This document shows, in pieces, positions 50,813 through 63,434 of a DNA stretch of 64,000 nucleotides (positions are counted from its first letter, which is position 1; each line of letters opens with the position of its first letter). The stretch is from positions 369,086,001-369,150,000 of the forward strand of contig OZ024743.1 in assembly GCA_964016885.1 (NCBI GenBank), read 5' to 3'. A program made the position numbers and the translations under genes. This DNA is from Eledone cirrhosa. Its lineage: Eukaryota. The notes beneath the pieces were generated by a model. It saw only the letters and a program-made list of their open reading frames with translations. It had not been told where the DNA came from and searched no databases.

Positions 50813-52418
50813 AATATTTTACATCTATTTTCAATATTTGTATGGGCTTGATGGGTTGTCACATTCTGAGGTTAAACAGGCAAGTCATATGACTGTCTTC
50901 CTCATATGTTTTTTTTGGGGTTTGCTAAATACTCTACTGCTAAATACCCTTCCTAACACCAACCACTAATATTTGGGGAAAAAAAATAATTAAAGAAGCA
51001 GAAATGTTACAACAGATATACTTTAGAATATTTCATTTCATCTTTCCATATTCAGTGTGCAAATCCTGTCATAGTTGACTTTACTTTTCACCCTTCCAGT
51101 GTTAATAAAATAATACACCAAGACTAATTCAATTCACCTTATATCATACACACACATCTGCAAAGCTATTATTTTGTGGAACCAGTGTAAGAAATGAGTA
51201 CTTCTACTATTTTTCTAAAAATGGTACAAAAAGTGTTTGTTAGTACTATCAAATTAGATTTGTTTTGAGCTACTTGAGGTTAAATCTTAATTGAAGTGGT
51301 TAATATAGTAGAATATGGTAATTTGTTTTTGCTGTATTTTTTAATATATAGGTCACTTATTAAGTAGTTCTAAGAGGATTCTTTCTATTCATAATTGTTT
51401 CGAATGCTAATATGATAAAGAGAAGTTTTTCTGAATTCTTGCTTTCACCATTCTTAGTCCTCAAAGGCTTCCCAATGATTTGCATATGCCATTGTTACAA
51501 TTATCACCAATGCCTTGAAAAGACTATGCTGAAGGTCAATACAGTTAAAAAGCCCTAACAACAGGTCTATTTTTTTTATTTAAAGAATTAATAATATTTT
51601 GTTTTATTTATTTATTTATCTATTTATTTATATTCATATTTGAAATGATTCCCTATTTTGAGTTGGAAACAAACTTTTCCTTGTTTCAATTTCACTCTGA
51701 TCTAATTTTGTGGACGAAATATTTCAAATTAAAGCTTCTGACTAAGAAAGTACTGCAATGTCATGATTATAATTGTTGATATTGAAGGTAACATTTTAAT
51801 AGCTTTTACACAATGAAATATATTTTAACACCGAATTTCAAGCCTTGTCAACGTAGCTTTCATATAGACACAGCTGGAGAAGACATTGCTTCAGAAGATG
51901 GTCAGGTAAACACACAAACCTATCAGAGAGAAGGTGATAATTTGACAGTTTGCCCTCTTTGGTAGGGGCTGGTGTTTTCCAACCGGTATTTTCTTTTCTG
52001 TGAACATGGAGTGGTTAAATTTTTTAAAGTAGAATGTGTTAAGTAATATAATGTATTTTACCTAAATGCAAGGCAGAAGCTATTGAGGAATTTCAAAGAA
52101 GCACCTATTACAATATGGTTCGATTTTCCAATATAAATAAAGATTTTCTTGGGAATCTTTCCTTTTAATCTAACCCTACAAAGATAAGAAATCATTCCAA
52201 TGATAATGTTCTGAGAAGGCTGGTGCACAAACTGGCATTACAAGTGCAACACCACCTTAATGCACAAAATTACATGACAGCAAGGTGGCTGGTGAAGTAG
52301 AAATGCAGTTGTTTGTTTTTCTGTATGCCGTTTCTGCATATATACACACACACACACATATATATACACACACACACATGCACACACATATATATACATA
52401 CACACACACTTTTATTTT

Positions 52419-52450
<32 letters not shown>

Positions 52451-53129
52451 ATTAATATTAAGGTTCCTTTTCTTACCATTATAGATGTAATTTTTGATAT
52501 TTCTTAAAATTCCTTTAGACAGTATATTATGTTGTCAGTCTGCACTTAACTGTATATTCATCATGCAGGTGGTCATTGTAAAATGTCCAATGTTATTACA
52601 CAGAACAGGTCAACTGATTATAAAGAAACTCTCTCAGTGGCTTTAGACTCTTACATTTTATATTTATACTTGAAAGATGTTTCTTATTTTTTAATCTTGA
52701 GGGTGTAATATATGTTGGATTGTTACAAAGAAGTTTGAGTATTTAATCTGTGTAAAGCTAACAAAATGTTTTGCTCGGATAGGATTAAATCTGTTTAAGC
52801 AGATTAAGTATTTTTATAATCATATATAGATGAAAAGTGTGTTTATTATTGTAGACATTTTTCTTTATTACGTGCAATAGGGTTCCACGCTCATAAAAGT
52901 ACTCAGAATATTATACTATTTTCTTAAGGTTTAATATTTGCCTATTTTAATATTTTTGTTACCAGCCCAGCCAAAACCAACTCTGTTCCTACAAAACCAC
53001 CAATTTCAAAGGGTTCCCATTTAAATTAAATTTTCCCAACATAATTTTATATGAGAACTGTATGTTAAGTTACCATCTTGGGATTAAATAAATAATTTTA
53101 GTAAATCTCTCAAAATTCTTCATTAATTA

Positions 53130-53541
53130 CTGTATATACTTGAATATAAGCTGGTTTGAATATAAGCCAACCCCTATTTAAAAGGCAAAAATCTAAACCC
53201 CATTTATAACCCAAGGCAGGTAATTAGCACATTATGTTTAGATGGTGCAGTTTTGAAATTTTCATGGATGGAGAATATATTTATGAAGTTTATGACACGT
53301 AATGGAGTTGTGAAATAAAAACTATATTCTAAACAACACTTAAAACATTTTGAATATCAAAATATTAAAACTTCATAAATATATGATCCACTCATGAGAT
53401 TTTAAAACTGCACCATTTAAACATAATATATTGATTATCTGCTTCGGCTTATAAACAGGGTTTCGATTTTTGTCAATTTCTCAGACATAAAATAGTGTAG
53501 TTAGCTTATATTCAAATTGGCTTATGTTTGATTATATATGG
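53130..53541. mobile_element. Tc2/pogo-type MITE with long imperfect inverted arms
   Basis: TA|CTGTATATACTTGAATATAAG ... CTTATGTTTGATTATATATGG|TA; internal arms stay complementary for about 160 bp. Confidence 0.8.
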
Positions 53542-54127
53542 TATTTCATTTTCTTTGTGAATATTTGAATGTTATTAAGAATTAGATGTTCAACAGTGTT
53601 AGGTAAACCCAGTGAATTTACCTGTGATAGGAAAACAATAAATAGAATTCTTGGAGATGATCTAGAAATTCCAAATATGCTCTAATTTCATCTGGTCTCA
53701 GAGACAATGATACATTCTTTTATCATTCTTGGATTCAGGAAATCTATCTCACTCAATATTTTCTACTTTTATGTCCAGAAATATGGTAAGGTAGATAGAA
53801 TTAATGTAAGATAATCTCAATTTAGCTGAAGCAGTCAAAAGTGTTATAGCTTTAAACACAAAATACGTGCTTAAAATGGGATTAACACTGCAGTTATTTT
53901 GATGTGCAGGTGTGTGAAGTGTGGTGTATGTGTATGTTTGTGTGTATATGTGTAATGTAGTGGGTGTGAGTGTGTCTGTTTTCTATCTAATTTTTGGGGG
54001 GTCAACAGAAAAATATAATTTGAAGAATTGTGTTTTTACAAATTATATTTGAGAAGGAAGAGAATCAGCCACAACAGAGGGAAACTACAACTGATGTTAT
54101 TGTAATTATGTGCAGGAGGGTATTAAT

Positions 54128-54317
54128 AATAATTGTTTCTACTTTTGGCACAAGGCCAGTAATTATCCCAGTACATTACTGGTACTTTATTTTATCGACC
54201 CCATAAGGATGAAAGGCAAAGTTAACCTTGGCGGGATTTGAACTCAGAATGTTAAGGGACGTAACTCTGCTGTAAAGCATGGCATCCGATCCGCTACCGA
54301 TACTGCCAATTCACCAA
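54128..54317 (-). mobile_element. Nin/Deu-type SINE
   Basis: Homologous to 3911-4103. Confidence 0.85.
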
Positions 54318-55094
54318 TATATATATATATATTTACACACACACACACACAGACACACATATATATATATATATTCTCATATACATATACATACATATAC
54401 ATATGCTAGCATGGAAAACAGCCATTAAATGGCCATCTGAGAGGTTAGTAGCCCCTTATGAATACTGTTTTGGTCTGTGAAGCCCAATGTTAAATGATGA
54501 TGCTGTGTTATCGTGATGTGTGTCTGAGATTTTGTGTAACTCAATGAGTCTCAAATATGACTTTCCACTTTCCCCTCCCTTTTGATGATTACACTAGGTT
54601 TATTATAACTAACCATGCCAACCTTAACTTGAGTCACTCTAGTAAGTTTGGCATAATTAATTATGATAAACCTAATATGATCATCAGAATGGTGAGGCAC
54701 AAAAGAATATTCAATTTTCATACACAACTTCAAGGGAGGAATTTGCTGCTGTTTTCTTAGCATTTCAGCTCCCTAAGGAGAATAGGCCATCAACATATGC
54801 CTTCTAAGTTCTTCTATTCTGATCAAAGAATACATTGCAATCTTATCCTTAGCATTCCAGCTCCATATGGCCTTCTAAATACACCTTCCGAATCCTCCTA
54901 TTCTTACCAATACTTTCTAATATTTTATTGCTCTTTTATCCTCCAGATTCTCTAAAAGGGTTTTGACTAGAGGATGTCAGCAGTCTTTGAGGCAGGGACC
55001 CTTCTTAGCTGGAGATAGATAAATTTGTTTGCTGCTCTATTCATATTTTTAGAGCAAGACATTTTTTGATGTGACAGAGTTGTTAACATTACAC

Positions 55095-55343
55095 ATGGAT
55101 GAGGAAGTGCCAAATAATCCCAGTGGAAGGTAGCTGCAATAGAGGAAGACCAAGGAAGACCTGGATGGAAGTGGTGAGAACTGATCTCAGATTGCTAAAG
55201 CTCATGGAGGAGCAGTGTGACAAGTGGAGAGATGCAGTGTGACAAAGCAGTGTGACAACTGGAGAAATGCTGTACTGAGAAGGCCTCGTCCAACCCATGC
55301 ACTCATGGAACAATGGACGTAAAATGATGATGATGATGATGAT
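55095..55343 (+). mobile_element. RTE 3'-end fragment
   Basis: RGRPRKTWMEVVRTDLR followed by a (GAT)n tail; a similar minus-strand fragment lies at 57445-57608. Confidence 0.75.
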
Positions 55344-57644
55344 AAGCCCTAATCTGGAAGGCCAGGCCTGTATATGCAGCTTTTAGCTATTTGCAATGTC
55401 ATAGCCACAGACTAGTAGAATATGCCATTATCTATATCTTCCAAAGAATCTCTGCACTTACATGGGAGAAATTCACGGCTCTTCTTTTTTCATTGCCCTT
55501 TGTTTTACATGCTGCACTCTAATCAAACACTGGTAAGTTTTACAGTGCTGCCACTACATACAATAACAAACTCTACTGCACTAAGCTACCTACTTAAAGC
55601 TAAGAGAAATTAGTTGTTTGGTAGTATTAAGTATGTTAGCTTCAGACAACACTGTGGGAGTGAGAGGACACAAGCTACTGACCTCTCAGCTGCTAGGCCA
55701 ATGACTTCGTCATTTGCACTATCAAATTTAGTTTAATTTTTGTATCACAATGTCAAGACGTCTTACTTTGACTAAATGTTATTGTGTGAGTTCTTTACGT
55801 ACTGTGTATTTTGAAAGTCGTATGAATGTATTGTATATTGTACTAAGTCTTTGACGTATAATACAGTGTTTGTAGGTCTTATTTGTGTCTGGTTAATATC
55901 TTCTTTGCAGTTGTTACTCTGGTTTTCTGGAGTTGATTAGAATCCATTGTGTGGTGTACTATTCTGCATGTGTTTGTGTGTATGTTTTACTTTCATGTTG
56001 AAAAAGAATGTTGAAATACCATGTATATATTAACTAATAATATCTTATAATGATTTAGTAGAAAATATTTTTGAACTGGCTTGTCAATTCAAATTTTTGT
56101 ATTATCTTTCTTTACCAGTGGACAGATTGTCATGAAAAGTGCCAGTAATAAAGTGAAGACTTAAATATTTAATGTGATGCAACCTTAGTGCTATTTAATT
56201 CTTTTCAGCAATGTCTTGCTCATATAGTTTTTATGTAGTACAAGATGTTAAGAGCTAAGATTCAACAGAATGGAAGATAGACTCAAAAGGAAAGTTGTTG
56301 AATGTAGTAGCATACTGGGTATTCTGTTGATAAACGAATAGTGAGGAATAGTCAAATACTTTGATTCAGTCTTTGATGGCTAAGATGATGCAAGGTTGTA
56401 TTTGTCCTTGTTGAGTACTGTACATACTCATAGATAAGTCACAGCTTTTTACTAAAAAAATAAATGACTGCAAAAATCTACATACAACTTATTTACTGTA
56501 CCTTGCTCTTGGCTTGGAATTTGTATCGTTCACTAGCACACATACACTGGCTTCATTGTAAGTAGGTGATGTTACTATTTAGACTATATGAATATTAGTT
56601 TTGTAAACAAATAGGTGTTGATGATGTCACACTCAAAAATAAAAATAACTGCTTAAGCAGGATTCGATTCTCCTAGAAAACCAGCATGCCTATATTGATA
56701 CAAAGTCTCATATATATACAAGCCTTTAACTTGTACAATGCATACACAGTTCTCTATCAGCTGGTTATAATTTTAATACCTGTTAGATATTGCATATATT
56801 GTTACTAAGTTATGAGTGATGAATAAAAAAAAACAATTAAACTGATTATTTCAACTAAATATTTCATTTTCATTGATGGAGTGGCAGTAATCGGTAGAGC
56901 ATCAAACAACATGTTTTGCGCTATATAGTTATGGCCCTTTTTGTTCAGAATTTAAATCCAGCTGAGGTTAGTTTTGCCTTTCAACCTTATGGAGTCGATT
57001 TAATTGATTTCCCCTTCCCTTCAAATTGCTGACCTTGTAGCAAAAAGTAGAAACAATTATCATTTAAACACAGTCACAACAAGCAAAGTTACAAACAGCG
57101 ATATACCACTTGTGCACAGTTCAAAGGCTGAAGCTAAAATACTATAAAGACAAAAGGGTATTTGTGATTTATATATTCTTTTTTTCTTTTAGTGGTTTCA
57201 GTCATTACACTGCAGCCAAAATGGTGCACTGTCTTCAATGAATTAAGTCAACTATTTCAAAGCCAGTATTTATTTTTTTAAGCCTAATAATTATATCATT
57301 TTTATCAAGCTTTTCTTTGTCCAAATGTTAAGTTACAGGGCATTATAAGAACAGATACAGGTACAAATGTAAACACAGACAGACAGACAAACAGACAAAC
57401 ACACACGCACTCACAGACTCACACACACACACACATATATATATCATCGTCATCATCATTTTACGACCGCTTTTCCCTGCTTACAGGGGTAGGACGGGCC
57501 CTCTTCACTCTTCACGGTCCTTCTTCATCTCCTCTGTGAGCTTCAGCGATCTGAGATCAGCTTTCACCACTGCCACCCATGTTTTCCTCTACTGTGTCTT
57601 CCTTCCAGATACATACATATATACATAGATATATAAATACATAC

Positions 57645-58034
57645 ATCATCATCATCATCATCATTTTACGTCCGCTTTTCCCTGCTTGCAAGGGTGGGAT
57701 GGGAACTGATTCTGGCTTGATTTCTACAGCTGGATGCCCTTCCTAACACCAACCTCATTTACAGTGAGTGCTGGGTGCTTTTTTTTCGTGGCACCTACAC
57801 GTCCACTTTACAGTGTGGGCTGGGTGCTTTTTTGCCGTGGCACCTCCACGACCACTTTGCAGTGGAATGATAGGGACCCCAGTCCTATCATCTCATTTCT
57901 ACAGCTGATTAAACTGGAGCAATGTGAAATAAAGTGTCTTGCTCAAGGAAACAACACATCACCCGGTCTGAGAATTGAACTCACAACCTTTCGATTGCAA
58001 GCCCAAAGCTCTAACTACTAAGCCATGTGCCTCC
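57645..58034 (-). mobile_element. tRNA-head / V-Meta-like core / RTE-tail SINE, full copy
   Basis: Head ggaggcacatggcttagtagttagagc..gagttcaattctc; core gtttccttgagcaagacactttatttcac; RTE-like 3' modules and (GAT)n tail. Confidence 0.85.
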
Positions 58035-58044
58035 ATACATATAT

Positions 58045-59900
58045 ACATAAAACTGGAGCATTCCTAAGAATGAATATGAATACACCATTCATCTCTAGAC
58101 AAACACGCGAACACTCTTCTCTATTTCAGTCATGAAAAACCACCACAAGTTTCCATCTTCTTTTTTCACTCAATCAGCGAACTTCATAACTTCAGAGCTG
58201 GCACTATCAATGTAGGCACAATGAAAGGGAGATCAGGAGAAACCGTAGAGATGCTTGAACAAAAGAAAATTGATGTACGCTATGTGCAAGAAACTAGATG
58301 GAGGGGGAATGTCAGTTAGATTCCTTGTGGGCACAAATCATTGCTAAACATTTTTCTGGGTGCGAAATGACAATGTGCTGGCGGGAGTAGAGTGAACGAT
58401 AGAATCATCAAACTTAGATTAGTACAAAATAAAACAGCTGTAACGATTATATCTGCATATGTACCTCAATCAGTAAACAGATTTAGAGCTATGTTGCTTG
58501 ATGTTTTTGATAGTAAGGAAGAGTAAATAGAGACATACAATATAGAGGAACAGTGGGAATTCCTGAAAGATAACCTACTGAGGGTGACAAACTTAATCTG
58601 TGGTTGGAGTACATCTCGAAGATGTTGATGGAGAGAAGTATGTCTGAGATGATAATGGTGTACTTGCACTCACTGGTGCTGACAAGAAGGTAGCGTGGAA
58701 CTGTCACTATGAAAGACTACTGAATGAGGAGAATGCATGGGATAAAGATAGTCTGCCCGAAGTTGATCCAATAGAGAGACCAGCGGTACAAGCAGTAGTA
58801 TAGTAAATAAGGCAATCAAGGATATGAAGACAGGCAAAGCAGCTGGACCTTCTGGGATAGTTGCTGAGATGATGAAAGCATCTGGAATGGTGGGACACAC
58901 CATGGTCACCCATATTGTAAATCAAGTAATACAATACGGTGTCATACCAAATGACTGGCATAGCATCATCATCATCAACTGCTACAAGGACAAAAGAGAT
59001 GCTCTAGACAGAGAAAACTATAGAGGCATTAAGTTAGTTGACCAGATTATGAAGGTCACAGAAAGAGTTATAGCACAGCTGATCAGAGACCAAGTTAACC
59101 TAGATGAGATGCAGTTTGGATTTGAGTCAGGAAAAAGTACAACTGATGCTCTCTTACTTGTGAGGCAACTGCAGGAGAAGTACCTAGCTAAAAGTAAACC
59201 CCTATACTTGGCATTTGTGGGCCTGGAGGAAGCTTTTGCACTGTGTGCAAGGTCCCATGGAGATTGGAAAGAAATGAAGCTTCCATTCTTCAATGAATGT
59301 GTAATAGTAGTATGCATGAGTGACAAAGTTTCAATAAACTGAGAAATGAATTGGGCATAAGAAGTGTCATATGCAGTGTGCAGGAAAGGAGTATGCATTG
59401 GTATGAACATGTGATGCGTATGAAGGATGACAGCTGTATAGAAAGGTGAAGGTTGATGGAAGCTATGGTGTCGGAAGATAAGGAATGAGGTGATAAAAAC
59501 TGACCTTGCACAATAGCACCTTTCAAAGGCAATGACACAGGACCGTGATCTCTGGCTTTTTGAAGTAACACAGAAGACATGCCTTCCCATGTGCATGGGT
59601 TGAAACATACATTTTGTATGCACTACTTTCCCCCTCCCCCTTCTATACACCTCCACGCCCTAACAACCTCTCCCATCCACGTCCCTTGCCTTCTTGCAAC
59701 CCTCATTTCCTAACACTCCACACAGGTTTGAACTCCCCACCCACACACACTCACCCCTAGATCTACCGCCCCATTCCCCCCGCCCAAATCCTCAGCTCAC
59801 ACTGTAAAGAGGTCATGTAGGTGCCACAATAAAAATCCCCCAGCCCACACTGTAAAGTGATCGTGTAGGTGTCATGACAAAAACCCCCAGCTCACACTGT
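58045..59900 (+). mobile_element. multiply deleted RTE LINE copy (family of 7043-10680)
   Basis: [47 protein letters not shown]; large internal deletions. Confidence 0.85.
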
Positions 59901-59934
59901 TTTACTAATATGTGTCTATATATATATATATATA

Positions 59935-61203
59935 CACAGGGGGTGTGAAAGGTAAATTGGGACCATTTAAATGTCTTTATTATAATTGGTATAACTTGGG
60001 AAAATCAAACACTGCAAATTTTATGTTTATGCCAATTTATTTCAATTCAATGTGACCGCCATTTGCTTTCTTTACCAGTTCAATCCATTTATGAAATGAT
60101 GTGCATGCCTTAACTATTTCTTCCTTTTTCATTTTATTGAATGTTCGCTTGGTCAACGCCTTCAGTGAAGACACACAGTTGTGAGAATTTATGTTGGATA
60201 TTGCTTCAACTGTGCTCCATAATAAAAAATCACATAGATTCAAATCTGGTGAGCTAGAGGGCCTGATATCTTTAGGGACAAACATGGGCAATTCCTTCTA
60301 CAAATGTTCTTGCACTCTTTCCAAAGAATGGGTGGGCACAAAGACCTGCACAAAATGACTCAACTTGCATCATAATCTTCTTAATCCAAGGTGACAAAAC
60401 ATTTTCTAAGATTTGGAAATACTCTGCTGTGTTGATTTTAAGACGAGCTTCAATAAAATAAGGAGGCATCAATTTCCTATCACTTGCAACAGCTCCAAAG
60501 ACTGTAATGGAAGCTGGATTCTTGCTATGCATAGCTGAAGGAACTTGGGAAAGGTCATACACTACTACTTGTGAGTTTCAATGGTTTGCAATTTTGTCTA
60601 CCACAAACTTCTTTTTATCCATTAAAATACAGACGTCTTCACCATGATGTTTCAGATGATTAAGACGTTTGGGACTTCTTTCATCTCGAATGGCTTTGTA
60701 GCAGGCAGTTAGGATGTTATAGTGTCTCCTCCCATATGATTTCATATGGAGGTCTTGTCTCACAGCTCTAGAAATGGTCATTTTACTGATTCCTCAATGT
60801 TGTGCCAACTTTGCCATCAATTTTGATGATTTTGACTCAATCGATCTTTTAAGTCCTGCTAAGAAGTGAGATGTGCATTTTCAGTCACTGCGAGGACTGC
60901 GAGGCTTTCTCTGAACATCCTGACTTTTCTTCAAATTGGCTACACCTCTAAAAACACTAGATTTGGCATACTTTGTGGTCACTAACAATCTCCACAGCAC
61001 TTTTGCCAGCATGGAATAATTCAGCAATTACACTTCTATGGTATAGTTCTTTATTAACATACTATTTCTTATTCAAATTGAACAAATCATGAATAAGTGA
61101 TTATTCAAGCTGGTAATATTTAAAATTTAGACTCCAACAAAATCTATACAATTAGAAATATACCCATTTGAAACTTCTCCCAATTTGCCTGTTACACCCA
61201 GTG
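59935..61203 (-). mobile_element. Tc1/mariner DNA transposon (maT/DD37D-like), defective transposase
   Basis: Imperfect TIRs cacagggggtgtgaaaggtaaattggga / tcccaatttgcctgttacacccagtg; fragments DKKKFVVD, SITVFGAVASD..LMPPYF..LKINT, SSSPDLNLCDFLLW, NGGHIE. Confidence 0.85.
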
Positions 61204-61221
61204 TGTGTGTGTATATATATA

Positions 61222-61457
61222 TCATCATCATCATCATCATCATATCCGTTTTATGTCCGTTATTCCACGCTAGCATTGGTTAAACTGGTTGTCCTGTGGT
61301 GGAAGGTGTCCAGTCGGCTGACCTTGTCTTGCTCATACTGGAAATGATTCTGGCTTGATTTCTACAGCTGGGATGCCCTTCCTAACACCAACACAACAGT
61401 GAGTGCTGGGTGTTTTTTTTCCATGGCGCCAACATGTCCATTTTGCAGTGTGAGCTG
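61222..61457 (-). mobile_element. RTE 3'UTR/SINE-tail fragment
   Basis: Reverse complement of about 13180-13403; forms an inverted pair with 61670-61838. Confidence 0.75.
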
Positions 61458-61472
61458 GATATATATATATAT

Positions 61473-61838
61473 GGAGGCACATGGCTTAGTGGTTAGAGCA
61501 TTGGTTGTGAGTTCAATTCTCAGACCGGGTGATGTGTTGTTTCCTTGAGCAAGACACTTTATTTCACATTGCTCCAGTTTAATCAGCTGTAGAAATGAGA
61601 TGATAGGACTGGGGTCCCTATCATTCCACTGCAAAGTGGTCGTGGAGGTGCCACAGCAAAAAAGCACCCAGCTCACACTGTAAAGTGGACGTGTAGGCAC
61701 CATGGAAAAAAAGCACCCAGCACTCACTGTAAATGAGGTTGGTGTTAGGAAGGGCATCCAGCTGTAGAAATCAAGCCAGAATCACTTCCCGTCCCACCCT
61801 TGCAAGCAGGGAAAAGTGGACGTAAAATGATGATGATA
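61473..61838 (+). mobile_element. tRNA-head / V-Meta-like core / RTE-tail SINE, near-identical to 57645-58034
   Basis: A box tggcttagtgg, B box gagttcaattctc, same core and tail. Confidence 0.85.
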
Positions 61839-61885
61839 TAATATGGAAAACGAAGAATCAGTGATGCAGCGGAACACAATTTATT

Positions 61886-61980
61886 AACGTATTACAGTTG
61901 TTTCTCCGGTGAACAGCTCGAGGTGCGATCTATTTGTGGATTGAATCTGACTCTGGATTCGCAACTTCCTCAGATATGTC
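61886..61980 (-). ncRNA. degenerate type I hammerhead ribozyme motif
   Basis: GACATAT-CTGAGGA-(~62 nt)-GAAA-CAACTG-TA-ATACGTT; stem I 6/7 paired, base of stem II unclear. Confidence 0.5.
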
Positions 61981-62063
61981 TAGTGACTTCGAAGCAAATC
62001 CTCTGCTATATATATATAAAAGAGGAATTTGTAGTTTACTTGAAGCATTGTGTATGGTATATA

Positions 62064-62465
62064 TAATTTGAAGTTTGAAAGCCACGACAATGCGAAATGG
62101 ATGGATAAACAAGTCAGATGAAACAAGATATATGTTTTACCTTAATTTATTTATATGTCTTGATATTTCAAGATTAAAATCTCTTCTTCCGAGGAGAATT
62201 AAAGGGACTAATCCAGTGTTTGATGGAGCACACTATACCATGCTGGTGGAAGTGTTTTTTTTTTGTTTTTTTTCCCACCTCTGCCAGCATGGTATAGCGC
62301 ACCCCATCAAACACTGGATTAGTCCCTTTTATTTTTCTCAGAAGAGATTTTAATCTCAAAATAACAGGTCATAGAAATAAATTAAGGTAAAACACATAAA
62401 ATCTTGTTTCATTCGACTTGTTTATCCATTCATTTCGCATTGTCGTGGATTTCAAACTTCAAATT
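62064..62465. repeat. ~400-bp palindromic element (~190-bp inverted arms around a T-rich spacer)
   Basis: 62064-62254 is the imperfect reverse complement of 62276-62465. Confidence 0.9.
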
Positions 62466-63384
62466 CACCAATAAATGTAGGTGAAGACGTTTTAACAGTT
62501 CAAAAATATGAGATTTATTATATTAAACTGTACATAAGGCTACATACGATATTTTTAAAAAGCATGAATTCTTTAATACAATTGTTTATGTATATACATG
62601 TAGAGCAAATATTCCATTGAAAATAAGACCAAATACTGTTAATTATATCATATTTTAATTAACACACATTTCATCCATCTTATTGGTAATATACTTAATT
62701 ATTGATCCAATTATATAATCCAATAATTAGAATTTTCAGAATTAATAAAACATATAAATAACATTTTTACCCCAACAAGAACATTCTGTAAAGAATTATA
62801 CCATAACAGTAAAGTTTGTTTGCATTTAAAAAAAAACAACATCATAATAGAAAATAGTCCTCAACATAAGCAGTTGGAACAGTTTTTATTCCACATATGC
62901 ATTTAAACAAGCAATTATGTATTATACCAATTTTATAGAAAAGTTTATAAACTACTTTTTACACAATAAGACCTGTATAGATATGAGAGTTTTCAAGAGG
63001 AAAAAAGTTATCACTTATCAGATTGTACATAAATATACACATCTAGGCTTATATGCTTGATACTATATATATGTATACATTCCCACATATATACTCCTTC
63101 TACTATAATAAAGTACTACTACTTATTCATATAAATAACATCAAAGTAAAAACAATAAGTTTCAACTTCATCACAGATGAATACTTAAATATATTTATAT
63201 ATATGTGTGTGTGTATCCCAGGCGGTAACCACAGTAAGTAAGGTACTCAATACATAGTAGAGAATAAATGTTTAATATAGAAATTGCTTCTACAGGACTA
63301 GAACTGTTTCTATATTACATATATATACATACATATATATATATATATAAAGTGTTAAAACGATCAAATTTTAGTTTAGAACAT

Positions 63385-63434
63385 TTATTAGCTGACAATT
63401 GTTTCTTCCAGAGTCTGGAATCATCGGAGCATAA
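63385..63434 (-). ncRNA. type I hammerhead ribozyme motif with one core substitution
   Basis: TTATGCT-CCGATGA-TTCCAGACTCTGGAA-GAAA-CAATTG-TC-AGCTAATAA: perfect stem II, palindromic stem III, GUC triplet; CCGA instead of CTGA. Confidence 0.65.

Noticed and set aside
55640-56600. Possible decayed Penelope RT (IHSYDFQN on the minus strand)
   Set aside because: One short motif with no extendable frame; cannot be supported without a search.
3911-61530. tRNA genes suggested by A/B boxes
   Set aside because: Each box pair continues into a SINE core and tail, with no complete cloverleaf.
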